Notes under the pieces: model-generated | Seen by the model: the letters and a program-made list of their open reading frames with translations, nothing else | Database searches by the model: none | Told to the model about the DNA's origin: nothing | NCBI GenBank assembly: GCA_963747235.1 | Contig: CAVVEU010000020.1 | Coordinates: forward strand, 96,001 to 160,000 | Length of the DNA: 64,000 nt | Direction: 5' to 3' | From: an uncultured Candidatus Rokubacteria bacterium | Lineage (GTDB): Bacteria; Methylomirabilota; Methylomirabilia; Rokubacteriales; CSP1-6 | Part shown: positions 41,626-52,643 of the stretch, piece after piece | How positions within the stretch are numbered: position 1 is the first letter of the stretch | How the letters are laid out: every line of letters begins with the position of its first letter | Program-made: the position numbers and the translations under genes

Positions 41626-42191
41626 CCGAGATAGCCGTGCGCGCGCAGGGTGTTCTCCACCCGCGCGCGGTGCTTGCGCTCCCACTCCGGCAGGCTTTCC
41701 GCTCGTCTCCTGCGCCGCCCGGGCGCGCGGCACCACCACGATGCCGTTCTCGTCGGCGACCACCACGTCCCCCGGGTTGACCCGGACCCCGCCGCACGTG
41801 ATGGGGCCGCCGATCTCGCCGGGGCCGTCCTGGCGTCCCGGGATGGGCGAGACGCCGCGCGCGAAGACGGGGAAGCCCCGGCCGCGCGACTCCGCCACGT
41901 CGCGGATCACGCCGTCCACCACGAGGCCCGCCGCGACGCGCGCGGGCGCTGCGACCGCCACGGTCGCCGCCTGGACACGATGCCGCCGATCGCGGCGACG
42001 GTGCGCACCGTGTAGGCGGGGCCGGCGACGCGCGGCATCGGCGCCCAGAGCGGCCGGATCACATGGCGCATCACCGCGTCGAGCGTGCGGCACTCGGCGA
42101 GCGCGATGGTGGGCAGGTCCTGGAAGCCGGCGACCAGGCGCTTCGGCGGCCGCTCCGTGGTGAGCGAGAGCGAGGCGCCGCCCTTCCTCAT
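41622..42191 (-). pseudogene. RraA/HMG-aldolase family gene, degenerate
   Basis: RPLW...VAGPAYTVR, VVDGVIRD, FPVFARG, GGVRVNPGDVVVADENGIVVVP are present, but the usual GDN segment and part of the C-terminus are missing and the frame shifts. Confidence 0.55.
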
Positions 42192-42196
42192 GGCGC

Positions 42197-43033
42197 TCAC
42201 TCCGAGAGCTTGAGGAGGAGGCCGGTCCGGCGGGATCGGGTGACCGCGGCGGCGAGCGCCCAGTGGGCGAGGACCGCGTAGAGCAGCGACAGCGCGAAGC
42301 CGGTGGCGAAGGGATAGGCGAACTGGGACGGGAAGCCGTAGCCGGCCCGGATCCCGTCGAGGAAGTAGGTCAGCGGGATCGCCGCGGAGATCGACCTGCA
42401 CCCAGCCCGGCAGCACCGAGACCGGGTAGTAGATGCCGCCCAGCATCACGAAGAAGTTGACCGCGGCCCACGCGGAGGTCTCGGCGCGGGTGCCGAAGAG
42501 CAGCACCAGCGCGCAGACCAGGAGCCCGATCACGAGCGCGGTGAGGAAGCAGCCGAGCAGGAAGAGCGCGACCCGGAGCGGGCCCGGCCCGAGGAAGTCG
42601 AAGCCGAAGGCGCGCCCGCCGATCACGCGCCATGAGGGCCAACACGATCACGCCGCGCCCCACCCCGACCAGCCAGGAGCCGAGCGCCAGGTGGTGGATG
42701 CGCACCGGGGTGAGGAACTGGTGCTTCATGGACTTCGACCAGATGTCGAAGAGCACCGCGTAGGCGACGTCGAGCTGGCAGACCTGGACCGCGGAGAGCG
42801 CGACGGTGCCCACCAGGATGAACGCGGTCATCTCGGGCGTCAGGTCGAGGAAGCGGGTGAGCAGGCCGTGCGAGAGCATGGCCACGCCCGGCCAGAACGT
42901 GAGCTCGAAGACGAAGAACACGTTGCGCCGCGCCATGATCAGGTTGCGGTAGGCGAAGGCGGTCAGCCGCGCCCATTCCGCGGCCCAGGACTCGGTGCGC
43001 GCCCGCGGCCAGGAGCTCAGCGCGAGAGCTCAA
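42197..43033 (-). CDS. ABC-2 type exporter permease, frameshifted (start uncertain)
   Basis: AFAYRNL, FELTFWP, GGIYYPVSVLPGW, PLTYFLDGIR, RSRRTGLL. Confidence 0.8.
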
Positions 43034-43967
43034 CGAAGACCTCCTCGAGATCGGGCTCGCGCACCTGGCAGTCGCGGACGAGCACCCCGTGGTCGCAGAG
43101 CCAGCTTCAAGATCTCGGGCAGCCGCTTCTCCGAGGAGTCCACCGTGCAGTCGATCCGGTCGCCGCGCGCCTGCACCGCCAGCACGCCCGGCAGCTCGGC
43201 GAGCCCGTCGGGCGCCGCGGGCTCGAGCCGCAGCGCGATCACGTCCCCGATGCGGATCTGCCGCTTGAGCTCGTCCGCCGAGCCCTCGCGCGAGGATGCG
43301 CCCGCCCTTGATGAAGGCGATGCGGTCGCAGAGCTCCTCGGCCTCGCGCATGTAGTGGGTGGTCAGGATGATGGTGGTGTTCCGCTCCCGCCGCAGCTCC
43401 GCGATCTGGGCGCGGATGCGGATGGACACGTCCGGATCGAGGCCGAGCGTCGGCTCGTCGAGGAAGAGCACCTCCGGATCGTTCAGGAGCGCCTTGGCGA
43501 GGGCCAGGCGCTGCTTGAGCCCGGTGGAGAGCTCGTTGTACTCGGTCTTGAGGTGCGCGGTCAGCTCGAACCGCTCGAGCAGCTCGTTCACGCGGTGCCT
43601 GAGCGCCGCGCCCGTGGAGGCCGTAGAGGCGCCCGTAGAAGGCGAGCACCTCGGCCGGCCGCAGGCTCCACACGAACGAGGCGTTGCCGCTCGCCATGTT
43701 CAGGCGGCGGCGGATCGCGAAGGCCTCGCGGACGACGTCGTGGCCCAGGATCGTGGCGGAGCCGCTGTCCGGCAGGAGCAGCGTGGCCAGGATGGAGAGC
43801 AGCGTGGTCTTGCCCGCTCCGTTGGGGCCGAGCAGACCGTAGATGGCGCCGCGCGGCACCTGGAGGCTGGCGCCGCGCAGGGCGACCGTCTCCCGGCGGC
43901 GGAGCCATCCGCTGCGGAAGGTCTTGGCGAGATCGCGCGCTTCGACTGCGAGGGGCGAGGCCGGCAT
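43017..43967 (-). CDS. ABC exporter ATP-binding protein, frameshifted
   Basis: Walker A GPNGAGKTT, LSTGLKQRL signature, LFLDEPT, TTHYM, EPDLEEVF. Confidence 0.9.
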
Positions 43968-44055
43968 GGCCCGCTCATCGTACCACGGGGTCCGCGAGGC
44001 GATTCCGGAGCGGACCCGCGTTGCCGAGACGCGACCGATCTGATAGAACCTGGCC

Positions 44056-44472
44056 ATGACGGCGGACCCTGAACATGCCTCCGTCGAGGAGGCGAACGCG
44101 CGGTTCTACCGCGTCTTCGAGACCCTGGATCTCGAGCAGATGGACGAGATCTGGGCGCACGAGGACCACGTGCGCTGCGTGCATCCCGGCTGGTGCATGC
44201 TCGCGGGCTGGGCGGCGGTCCGGCACTCCTGGGAGGTCATCTTCAAGAACAGCCAGGAGATGCGCTTCAGCATCACCGACGTCCACGCGCACGCGGAGGG
44301 CGGCTTCGGCTGGGTCACCTGCACCGAGAACATCCTGTCCGAGTCCCGCGGCAATATCTCGGTCACGTCGGTCCTGGCCACCAACATCTTCGAGCGCATC
44401 GGCGGGGAGTGGCTCCTCATCCACCACCACGCCTCCCACATCCTCGCCGGCGATCCGTCGGCGGGCGCGTGA
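44056..44472 (+). CDS. NTF2/SnoaL-like protein
   Basis: ANARFYRVFE, CVHPGW, VRHSW, ATNIFE...WLLIHHHAS. Confidence 0.9.
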   Translation: MTADPEHASVEEANARFYRVFETLDLEQMDEIWAHEDHVRCVHPGWCMLAGWAAVRHSWEVIFKNSQEMRFSITDVHAHAEGGFGWVTCTENILSESRGNISVTSVLATNIFERIGGEWLLIHHHASHILAGDPSAGA

Positions 44473-44487
44473 GCCCCCCTAGGAGAA

Positions 44488-44851
44488 ATGCGCATGGAGC
44501 CCGTGCCCAAGGCCCCCGTGAAGGACGCGAGCCATCTCTACGAGGTCGAGCGCCGCGCGCGCCACGCCGAGCGGCCCGGCTTCCGCATCACCGAGCTGCA
44601 GATCGGCCCGCGACAGCAGGTGCCGTGGCACTACCACACGAGCATCCGGGACACCTTCTACGTCCTGGATGGGCGCCTGCGCCTCTTCCTGCGCGATCCG
44701 AAGGAGGAGATCCGCCTCGAGCCCGGCGAGTCGTACGCGGTGCGCGCCGGGCGCCCGCACCTGGTCACCAACGGCGGGGAGACGTCCGCGGTCTTCCTCG
44801 TCCTGCAGGGCGTGGGCGACTACGATTATGTTCCCGCTGACCGTGATCTAG
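44488..44851 (+). CDS. Cupin domain protein (3' end approximate; probable indel near 44835)
   Basis: VPWHYHT...DTFYVLDG...PGESY...RPHLVTN. Confidence 0.82.
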
Positions 44852-46417
44852 AGGCGGCGCAGGAGCAGGTGCGGGCCGCCCTGGGCCGCCACCGCGTAGC
44901 GCCGCTCGACGCCTCCCGCCACGATGGTCACGCTGCTCCCGTCCCGGGTCAGGGTCACGTCCGGCAGGTTCCGCCACGGATAGCTGTCGAGATTCACGAG
45001 GACGTAGTCGCTCTTCTCGATGCCGACCGGGAAGACGAAGACGAGCGGCCGCAGGCTCAGATGCGGCACGTAGGGGTCCTGGGCGGAGACCGCGGCGGCG
45101 GGCGGGACCCGCGCGAGCACCCGGTAGGCGGCGCGCTGCTCCGGCACGGGCCAGAAGCGGGCGATCGCGAGGTTGTTGACGGTGCGCGAGGCGAGCGCGA
45201 GGCTCGCCACCATCGCGACCACCAGCACCGCGACCGGCCAGGCGCCGGGCCGCCGCCGCGCGAGGCGGGCGTAGCCGCCGATCGCGGCCAGGATCAGGAA
45301 GGGCAGGACGAAGGACTGGTACTGGGTCCGGTACCCGTAGAGGATCGGGTCCCGGCTCAGGAGATTCTCGGCCAGCGCCGGCAGCACGCCCAGGAGATCC
45401 CACCCGCCCAGCAGCGGCAGGAAGGCGAGCGGAGCCAGCAGCGCGGCCAGGTACACCGCGCGGTCGGCGGTGAGCAGCGTGGCCAGCGTGCGCAGCGGAT
45501 GGAGGATCGCGTTCACGATGATCTCGGGGAGCGAGCCGCCGAGATGGGCGTAGCGCCCGAGATGCGAGTAGGGCTCGCCGCGATAGGCCGGAATGATCCA
45601 GCGCACGTCCACCGCGAGCAGGGCCAGGGCGCCCGCGGCGGCGACCGCGCCCGCGACCCAGCGCCGGTGGGCCAGCGGCCATCCACGCGCCGAGCCCCAT
45701 CACCGGCAGCGCCGCGTCCTCCCGGCAGAGGAGCGTGAGGGCGGCGGGCACGAGCGCCAGCCACGGCCGGCCGGTCTCCACCGCCCAGAAGGCGGCCAGG
45801 AGCAGCGGGATCGCGAGCGCGGCCGCGTGGAAGTCGCGCACGTTGATCCCGTGCAGCGACGGGTTCACCAGGTAGAGCAGCGCGAAGGCGGCGGCGGGCC
45901 GCTCGTCGCCGAGCCGCGCCCGCGCCAGGCCGAACACCGCGAAGCCGCCCAGGGCCAGCGCCACCGACTGCGCGACCAGCAGGACCACCGGGCCCGGGAC
46001 CAGCCAGTAGGCCGGCACGAAGACGTACATGATCGGCGAGAGGTGATCGCCCCAGGCGTGCATCTCGGGCAGGCTCACGTAGGGGCCCGCGCCGCGCGCC
46101 AGGTTCCAGACGAGCTGGACGTAGTAGCCCAGATCGAGCGCGTGCGTCGCGAAGGTGAGGTGGCGCGTGACCGTGACGAACGAGAACACGACCGCGTAGG
46201 CCACCACCCCGACCAGGACCGCCCGGCGCGGCCGCACCGCCGGAATCGGCCGGGGCGCCAGCCACAGGCGCAGGGCCACGAGCCCCAGGAGCAGGAGGAA
46301 GAGGTGCTCGGGCCGCCAGGGCCAGTGCTCGCGCCGGCCGGTCCAGAACGCGAGCGCCAGGCCCAGCCCGGCCGCGGCCAGGACGGCCGCGCCGTCGAGC
46401 AGCCGGGCGACGATCAC
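44848..46417 (-). CDS. DUF2079 membrane protein (GT-C-like), one frameshift
   Basis: HALDLGYYVQLVWN, GDHLSPI, LLVAQS, DFHAAAL, LLCREDA, YRTQY, SAQDPYVPHL. Confidence 0.82.
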
Positions 46418-47232
46418 CGGGTGTCGGCCGGCGGGGGCGAGCCGGGCCGCCCGAGACGACTGTAGCGACCGGCGATGGAGCCGAGCCGGCGCGAGCGCTT
46501 GAGCCCGGTCCGGTGAAGCAGGTAGCGCGCGACCACCCAGAGGATCTTGAAGCCGTAGACGCAGGAGGCGCTGAAGCTCGCCGAGGACGCTTCCGGAAAA
46601 TAGCGGACGGGCACCGGGATCTCCGCGATGCGGAAGCCGGTGGCCACCACCTGGGCGACGATCTCCTGGTCGAAGACGAAGCCGTCGGAGTTCATGCGGA
46701 AGTTGACCGCGTCGAGCACGTCCCGGCTGAACGCGCGGTAGCCGGTGTGGTACTCGGACAGGTGGAGGCCGAAGGCCATGTTCTCCACCCCGGTCAGGAA
46801 CCGGTTGGCCACGTACTTCCACCAGGGCATCCCCTGCTCGATCGCCGAGCCGCCGCCCGCGAGCCGGGAGCCCAGGACCAGATCGGCGTCGCCGCGCGCG
46901 ATGGGCGCGATGATCTGGGGCACGAGGGTGGGATCGTACTGGTAGTCGGGATGGACCATCACCACGATGTCGGCGCCCGCCTTGAGGGCCTCGGTGTAGC
47001 AGGTCTTCTGGTTGGCGCCGTAGCCGTAGTTCTTGTCGTGGACGAAGATCTCGAGCCCGAGGTCGCGCGCGACCTCCAGCGTCGCGTCGGTCGAGCCGTC
47101 GTCCACGAGGATGACCAGGTTGACCGTGTCCTTGGGCAGTTCCTCGTAGGTCATACGAAGCGTCCGGCCCGCGTTGTAGGCGGGCATCACCACCACGACC
47201 TTCGGAGCGCCGGTCGCGGGCGGGCCGGGCAT
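46414..47232 (-). CDS. Glycosyltransferase family 2 (polyprenyl-phosphate sugar synthase-like)
   Basis: VVMPAYN, VDDGSTD, NYGYGANQKT, HPDYQY, EYHTGYRAF, FVFDQE. Confidence 0.93.
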   Translation of the reverse strand: MPGPPATGAPKVVVVMPAYNAGRTLRMTYEELPKDTVNLVILVDDGSTDATLEVARDLGLEIFVHDKNYGYGANQKTCYTEALKAGADIVVMVHPDYQYDPTLVPQIIAPIARGDADLVLGSRLAGGGSAIEQGMPWWKYVANRFLTGVENMAFGLHLSEYHTGYRAFSRDVLDAVNFRMNSDGFVFDQEIVAQVVATGFRIAEIPVPVRYFPEASSASFSASCVYGFKILWVVARYLLHRTGLKRSRRLGSIAGRYSRLGRPGSPPPADTR

Positions 47233-47917
47233 CTAATCGGGCCTCGCGCGGCAGACCGCGACGAACTGGTAGGCGAGCCCGCCCGGCCACCCCCTCGCCG
47301 CCCCCGCGCTGAGCGCGTGCACGCGCGAGAGCACGCGACCGTGCCAGCGCGGCGGCACCACCAGCGGCAGCGGCACCGGGGTGACCGCGAGCTCGACCAC
47401 GTGGAGCCCGGCCGAGCGCAGGAGCTCGAGCAAGGTGCGCCGCGTGAAGAAGCGGAGGTGGGTGCGATCCAGGATGCCGCGATCGGCGTAGTCGAAGCGG
47501 CCCGCCAGGAGCGACAGGCGCACCCAGAGGTGCGCGACGTTGGGCACCGAGACGATCACGGTGCCCCCGGGGGCGAGGGTCTGGTCGAGCGCCCGCAGCA
47601 TCGCGCATCGGATCGCTCAGGTGCTCGAGCACGTCGCCGTAGACGATCGCCTCGAAGGGGCCGTGGAGCAGCGGGGGCGCCGACTCCAGGTCGGCCACCA
47701 CGACTTCCTTGCAGCGCCCGCGCGCCCGCGCGGCCAGCTCCGGGTCGCGCTCGAGCGCGGTCACGCTCCAGCCCTGCGCGGTGAGGCGCTCCGCGAGGAA
47801 GCCGTCGGCCGCGCCCACGTCCAGCGCCCGGCGCCCGCGCCCCTCGCCGAGTCGCGACAGGATGACGGAGTGGCTCGAGTGCGGGTCGTCCTTGATCCGG
47901 TACGGGGAGGCGCTCAT
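47233..47917 (-). CDS. Class I SAM-dependent methyltransferase, one frameshift
   Basis: ALDVGAADG, GDVLEHL, SVPNVAH, GILDRTHLRFFT; a type common in glycan loci. Confidence 0.88.
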
Positions 47918-47919
47918 GG

Positions 47920-48393
47920 TCAGGGCCGCGGGGCGGGCGTGGCGAGCCACGCCTCCCAGGCCTCGTAGCGCGGCGCGTTCGCGAGCAGCAGCGCGAGCGA
48001 CACCGAGCCGAGCAGGTAGAAGTCGAGGAAGAGCCCGCCCAGGATCACCAGGACGAAGCCGGCGAGCGCCGGGAACTCCGCGAAGGCGCCACCGCGACGG
48101 TGGCGAGAGTGAGCCGCGCGATCGCGCGCTGCCGGGTCTCGTCGGGGCGCCGGGTCAGGAGCAGTCGCTTCACGCCGGGGAGGCTCGACCACGACGATCG
48201 CGCTCGCGATCCAGGCGGCGTAGCGCACGAGGCTCATCTGGGGCGCGGAAGGGCTCGCGGCGCCGTCGGAGGGCGCGTGGCTCATGCCGAACACGCTGGC
48301 GATCACGGCGTACATCACCAGGCCGGTGATGAGGCCGCCGGTGATGAGCGCGGCGGTCCGGTGCGCCTGACGGAGCTCGCTCGCGGCGTCCAT
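47920..48393 (-). CDS. Hypothetical membrane protein
   Basis: Three to four hydrophobic segments, GGGGA RBS; middle part probably scrambled by indels. Confidence 0.6.
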   Translation of the reverse strand: MDAASELRQAHRTAALITGGLITGLVMYAVIASVFGMSHAPSDGAASPSAPQMSLVRYAAWIASAIVVVEPPRREATAPDPAPRRDPAARDRAAHSRHRRGGAFAEFPALAGFVLVILGGLFLDFYLLGSVSLALLLANAPRYEAWEAWLATPAPRP

Positions 48394-48430
48394 TCCCCCT
48401 TGTCCGGAGCCAGGATAGCACCGGCCACGC

Positions 48431-50184
48431 TCACGGCCGGTTGGAATAGAGCCGCCGGCTTCCCCCCTCGACCAGGAGATGGACGCGCTCGGCCGGCAGC
48501 TCGCGCACCACGCCCCGGGCGGGCGTGGCGGACGAGAGCAGGAAGACGCGCCGATCTCCCGCCCAGGCGCGCGCCAGCGCCGCGGTGTCCCAGAAGATCG
48601 ACCGCGCCTCGGGAAAGGTCGAGCCGAACGCCAGGTTGGACTGCAGCCCGTTGACGATCTGCACCCGCCGATCCAGGCGCAGCAGCGCGGAGGCGCTGTT
48701 CTCGATGGGGCCCTCGTGGGCGAGCACGTCCCCCGGCCCCACGCGGAGCAGGACCGCGTCGGTCATCAGCCGCACCGAGCGGCTCTTGGCGAAGAGCGTG
48801 AGGCCTTCGACGGAGAGCGGCAGGAAGGCGATCATGGCGGCCAGCAGGGCGCCCAGGCCGAGCCGCGGGAGCCGGCGCCACGTCGCGACCGCGAGCGCCG
48901 CCGCCGTCAGCAGGAAGATCCCCGCGATGGGGGCGAAGAGCGGCCGGAACTGGGTCAGGAAATCGGAGGTCGCGGCCTGGCCCTGGGCGGCCATGTTCCG
49001 CGCGGAGACGTCGGCCACCGCGACCGCCTCCGGGGAGAGGCGCAGCCACCCCAGCCACGCGGCGACCGTCGCGCCGCCCAGCAGCGCCATCGCGAGCAGC
49101 GCGGGGACGAGCAGGCTGAAGGAGCGCGGGGCGCCCGGCGGGCGCTCGATGGCCTCGTCCCAGAGCTTGGCCACCAGCAGGGCCATCGCGGGAAACGCGG
49201 GCAGGCCGTAGTGCGGGAGCTTGAAGGGCGACAGGGCGAAGACGCCCAGGATGCCGACCGTCCAGAGGGCGAGCAGCATCCAGACCCGCGCTTCCGGCGT
49301 CTTCCACGGCCGCCGCCGAATCTCCCGGGCGACCGCGAGCGGCAGCGCGAGCACCCAGGGGAAGAAGCCGAGCGCGGTGACGCCGAGGAACTCGAGGGTG
49401 GACAGCGGCACGTCCTCGTCGGGGAACACGCGCTGGCGCGCGACGTTCAGCACGTGGTTGTCCACCACCGTGTACCAGAGGAAGCCGCGGTACTGCGCCT
49501 CGACCAGCAGGTGCCAGGGCACCGCGACCGCGAGCAGCAGCAGGAGCGCGGACAGCGGCGCCCACTGCCGCCACGACCCGCCCTCGCGGGTGAGCCAGAG
49601 GAAGAGCGCGACGATGGCGAGCGGGCCCACCGCGCCGAGGAAGTCCTTGGCCAGCACCGCCAGGCCCAGCCCGCCGTAGAAGAGGAGGAGCGGCCACCGG
49701 CCGCCGCCCAGGTACGCCAGGATGAAGCCGTAGAGGCCGAGGAGGATGCAGGCGACGAAGAGCATGTCCGGCTTGACCATGCGGCCGAAGAGGAAGACCT
49801 CGAGGTTGGCCGCGACCATCAGCCCCGCCATGAGCCCGACCCGCGCCGAAACGAGGCGGGCCCCGATGAGCGCGGTGAGCACCGCCACCGCGACGGTGGA
49901 GAGCGCGGAGACCAGGCGCGCCGCCGTCTCGGTGGGCCCGAGCCAGGCGAAGGCGCCCGCCATGAGCCAGTAGGGCAGCGGGGGCTTGTCGAAGTAGGGC
50001 ACGCCGTTGAGATGCGGCGTGATCCAGCCCGCCCCGCGCAGCATCTCCCACGCGATCTCGGCGTGGATGCCTTCGGGCGGATCGAGGAAGGGCGCGGCGC
50101 CGAGACGCGCCACGTACAGCGCGGCGGTGACGATGAGGACGGCGAGCGGGACGGTCAGCAGACGCGGGCGCGCCGGGGCCTCAC
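48431..50184 (-). CDS. ArnT/PMT-like (GT39/GT83) lipid-linked glycosyltransferase
   Basis: FLDPPEGIHAEIAWEM, PHLNGVPYFDKPPL, KLPHY; about 13 TM segments; extreme N-terminus frameshifted. Confidence 0.9.
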
Positions 50185-50912
50185 CGGTCGACCCGGACCA
50201 CCATATCCTGAGGAATCCGGCCCAGGAGATCGGTCACCGCGTCGTCGAGATAGCCGCGGTCCTTGGACTCCAGCGTGACCTTCACCTTGTACTCCGGGTT
50301 GGAGAACTCGGGATACGAGCCCAGCAGCAGATCCGGATGGCCGGCGAGCAGCGCGTTCAGGTGGTCGGCGAGCGTCCCCTCCCCCATGCTCACGTACACG
50401 CAGCAGAGATGGAAGGGCGTGTCGCGGAAGCGCTCCTTGAGCGCGTCGAACTTCTGGCGGAAGATCTCGGGCACGCCGGGCAGGATGTAGATGTTCCGCA
50501 CCACCACCGCCGGGAACACCAGCTCGCCGTCCGCGGTCAGCTCCGCGCCCTCCGGCACCTCCGCCATCTTGAGCCGCGCCTCGTTGAGGCGGCCCTTGTA
50601 GTAGCCCTCGAGCAGGCGCACCAGCCGCGGCTCCCGGATCACCGGGACGTCGAGGGCACGGGCCACGCCCTCGATGGTCACGTCGTCGTGGGTGGGCCCC
50701 ACGCCGCCGGAGGTGAACACCACGTCGAACGCGGCGCTGAAGGCGCGCACCTCGGCCGCGATGAGGTCCACCTCGTCGGGGATGACGGTGATGCGGCGGA
50801 CCTCGACGCCGAGCCCCCGCAGCTCGCGGCAGAGGTAGGCGGCGTTGGCGTCGGTGATCTTGCCCGAGAGGATCTCGTTGCCGATCAACAGGATGCCGGC
50901 CGTCTTCGCCAT
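50181..50912 (-). CDS. CinA N-terminal-like molybdopterin-binding domain protein (COG1058 type)
   Basis: IGNEILSG, DANAAYL, TSGGVGPTHDDVT, LPGVP, LGSYP; no PncC domain. Confidence 0.88.
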   Translation of the reverse strand: MAKTAGILLIGNEILSGKITDANAAYLCRELRGLGVEVRRITVIPDEVDLIAAEVRAFSAAFDVVFTSGGVGPTHDDVTIEGVARALDVPVIREPRLVRLLEGYYKGRLNEARLKMAEVPEGAELTADGELVFPAVVVRNIYILPGVPEIFRQKFDALKERFRDTPFHLCCVYVSMGEGTLADHLNALLAGHPDLLLGSYPEFSNPEYKVKVTLESKDRGYLDDAVTDLLGRIPQDMVVRVDR

Positions 50913-50996
50913 GGGCGAGGCACATCGTAGCATGCGGGGAGTTCTGATAGAATGGGTCGCGCTCCGACGGGCGACTCCCTCGCAGAGAGGAATGCC

Positions 50997-51816
50997 ATGA
51001 CCACCGACGCCTCTCCGATCACGCTGCGCGGCTGGGCCCTGATCCTGGGCGCCTCCTCCGGCTTCGGCGCCGCCACGAGCCTGGCGCTCGCGCGGGCGGG
51101 GCTCGACGTGTTCGGCGTCCACCTCGACCGCAAGTCCACCTTGCCCAATGTCGAGCGCCTGGCCGCCGAGATCAAGAGCCTCGGGCGCGAGGCCCGCTTC
51201 TTCAACGTCAACGCGGCCGACGAGGAGAAGCGCGCCGAGGTCGCGACCGAGATGGAGCGGGTGCTCCGCGAGCGCAACCAGATGGGCCAGGTGCGGGTGA
51301 TGCTGCATTCCCTCGCCTTCGGCACCCTCAAGCTCTTCGTGGCCGACCCGATGAAGGAAGCGGTGACCAAGGCGCAGATGGACATGACGCTCGACGTGAT
51401 GGCCCACAGCCTCATCTACTGGGCGCAGGAGCTGGTGGGGCGCGGCCTCATGGGCCGCGGCGGGCGCATCTACGCCATGACCTCGGCGGGCGGCGCGCGC
51501 GTGCTGCCCTACTACGGCCCGGTCTCCGCGGCCAAGGCCGCGCTCGAGTCGAACATCCGGCAGCTCGCGGCCGAGCTGGCTCCCGCACGGCGTCACCGCC
51601 AACTCCATCCGGGCCGGCGTGACCGCGACCCCCGCGGCCCAGAAGATCCCCAACTACGAGGAGTTCTCCCAGCAGGCCGCGCGGCGCAATCCGCATCGCC
51701 GGCTGACCACCACCGACGACGTGGCCCGCGCGATCGTCGTGCTGAGCCACCCCGACACGCACTGGATCACCGGCAACGTGATCGGCGTCGACGGCGGCGA
51801 AGAGATCGTGGGCTGA
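50997..51816 (+). CDS. SDR family oxidoreductase (enoyl-ACP reductase FabL-like), one frameshift
   Basis: [38 protein letters not shown]. Confidence 0.85.
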
Positions 51817-51823
51817 CCGGCCA

Positions 51824-52615
51824 GTGCCCGACTGGCTGGCCGTCACCATCCTGGGGATCATCGAGGGCGTGACCGAGTTCCTGCCCATCTCCTCGACCGG
51901 GCACCTGCTCCTGGTGGAGAACGCGGGATGGGTGCCGCGCCAGTCGGACCTCTTCAACATCACGATCCAGTCCGGCGCCGCCCTCGCGGTGCTGCTCGTC
52001 TTCGGCGGCCGCCTGCGCGATCTGCTGGGGCGGCTGCACGAGCCGGCGGCGCGGGCCTATCTCGCGCAAGCTCGCGCTGGCCTTCGCGATCACCGGCGTG
52101 GGCGGGCTCGTCATCAAGCGGCTCGGCTGGGCATTGCCGAAGGAGACGGCGCCGATCGCGTGGGCCACCCTGATCGGCGGCGTGGCGATCCTGGCGGTGG
52201 AATGGTCGCTCCGCTCGCGGCCGCTCGGTCTCGCAGGTGAGCTGGGCGATGGCGGTGCGCGGTCGGGCTGGGGCAGCTCCTCGCCGCCGTCTTCCCCGGG
52301 ACGTCGCGCTCGGCCGCCACCATCCTGATCATCATGCTGCTCGGCCTGAGCCGGCCCGTCGCGACCGAGTTCTCGTTCCTGGTCGGCGTGCCCACCCTGC
52401 TCGCGGCGGGCGGCCTCGAGACGCTGCAGGCCCTCCGCCATCCCGTGGGCCCGCCGACCGACTGGGGACTCCTCGCGCTGGGCACCGTGGTCTCCGCGGT
52501 GACCGCCTTCGTGGCGGTGCGGTGGCTGCTCCGCTGGATCCAGACGCACAGCTTCGTTCCGTTCGGGTGGTACCGGGTGGCTCTCGGTCTCGTCCTGCTG
52601 ACCCGGCTCGGCTGA
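51824..52615 (+). CDS. uppP: Undecaprenyl-diphosphate phosphatase, frameshifted
   Basis: [42 protein letters not shown]. Confidence 0.92.
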
Positions 52616-52643
52616 GCCGGCCTGACTGGAGGTAGTCGACGCG

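Noticed and set aside
44765-47950. 1061-aa ORF resembling a methyltransferase-DUF2079 fusion
   Set aside because: Same artefact; it spans the separate GT2 gene out of frame.
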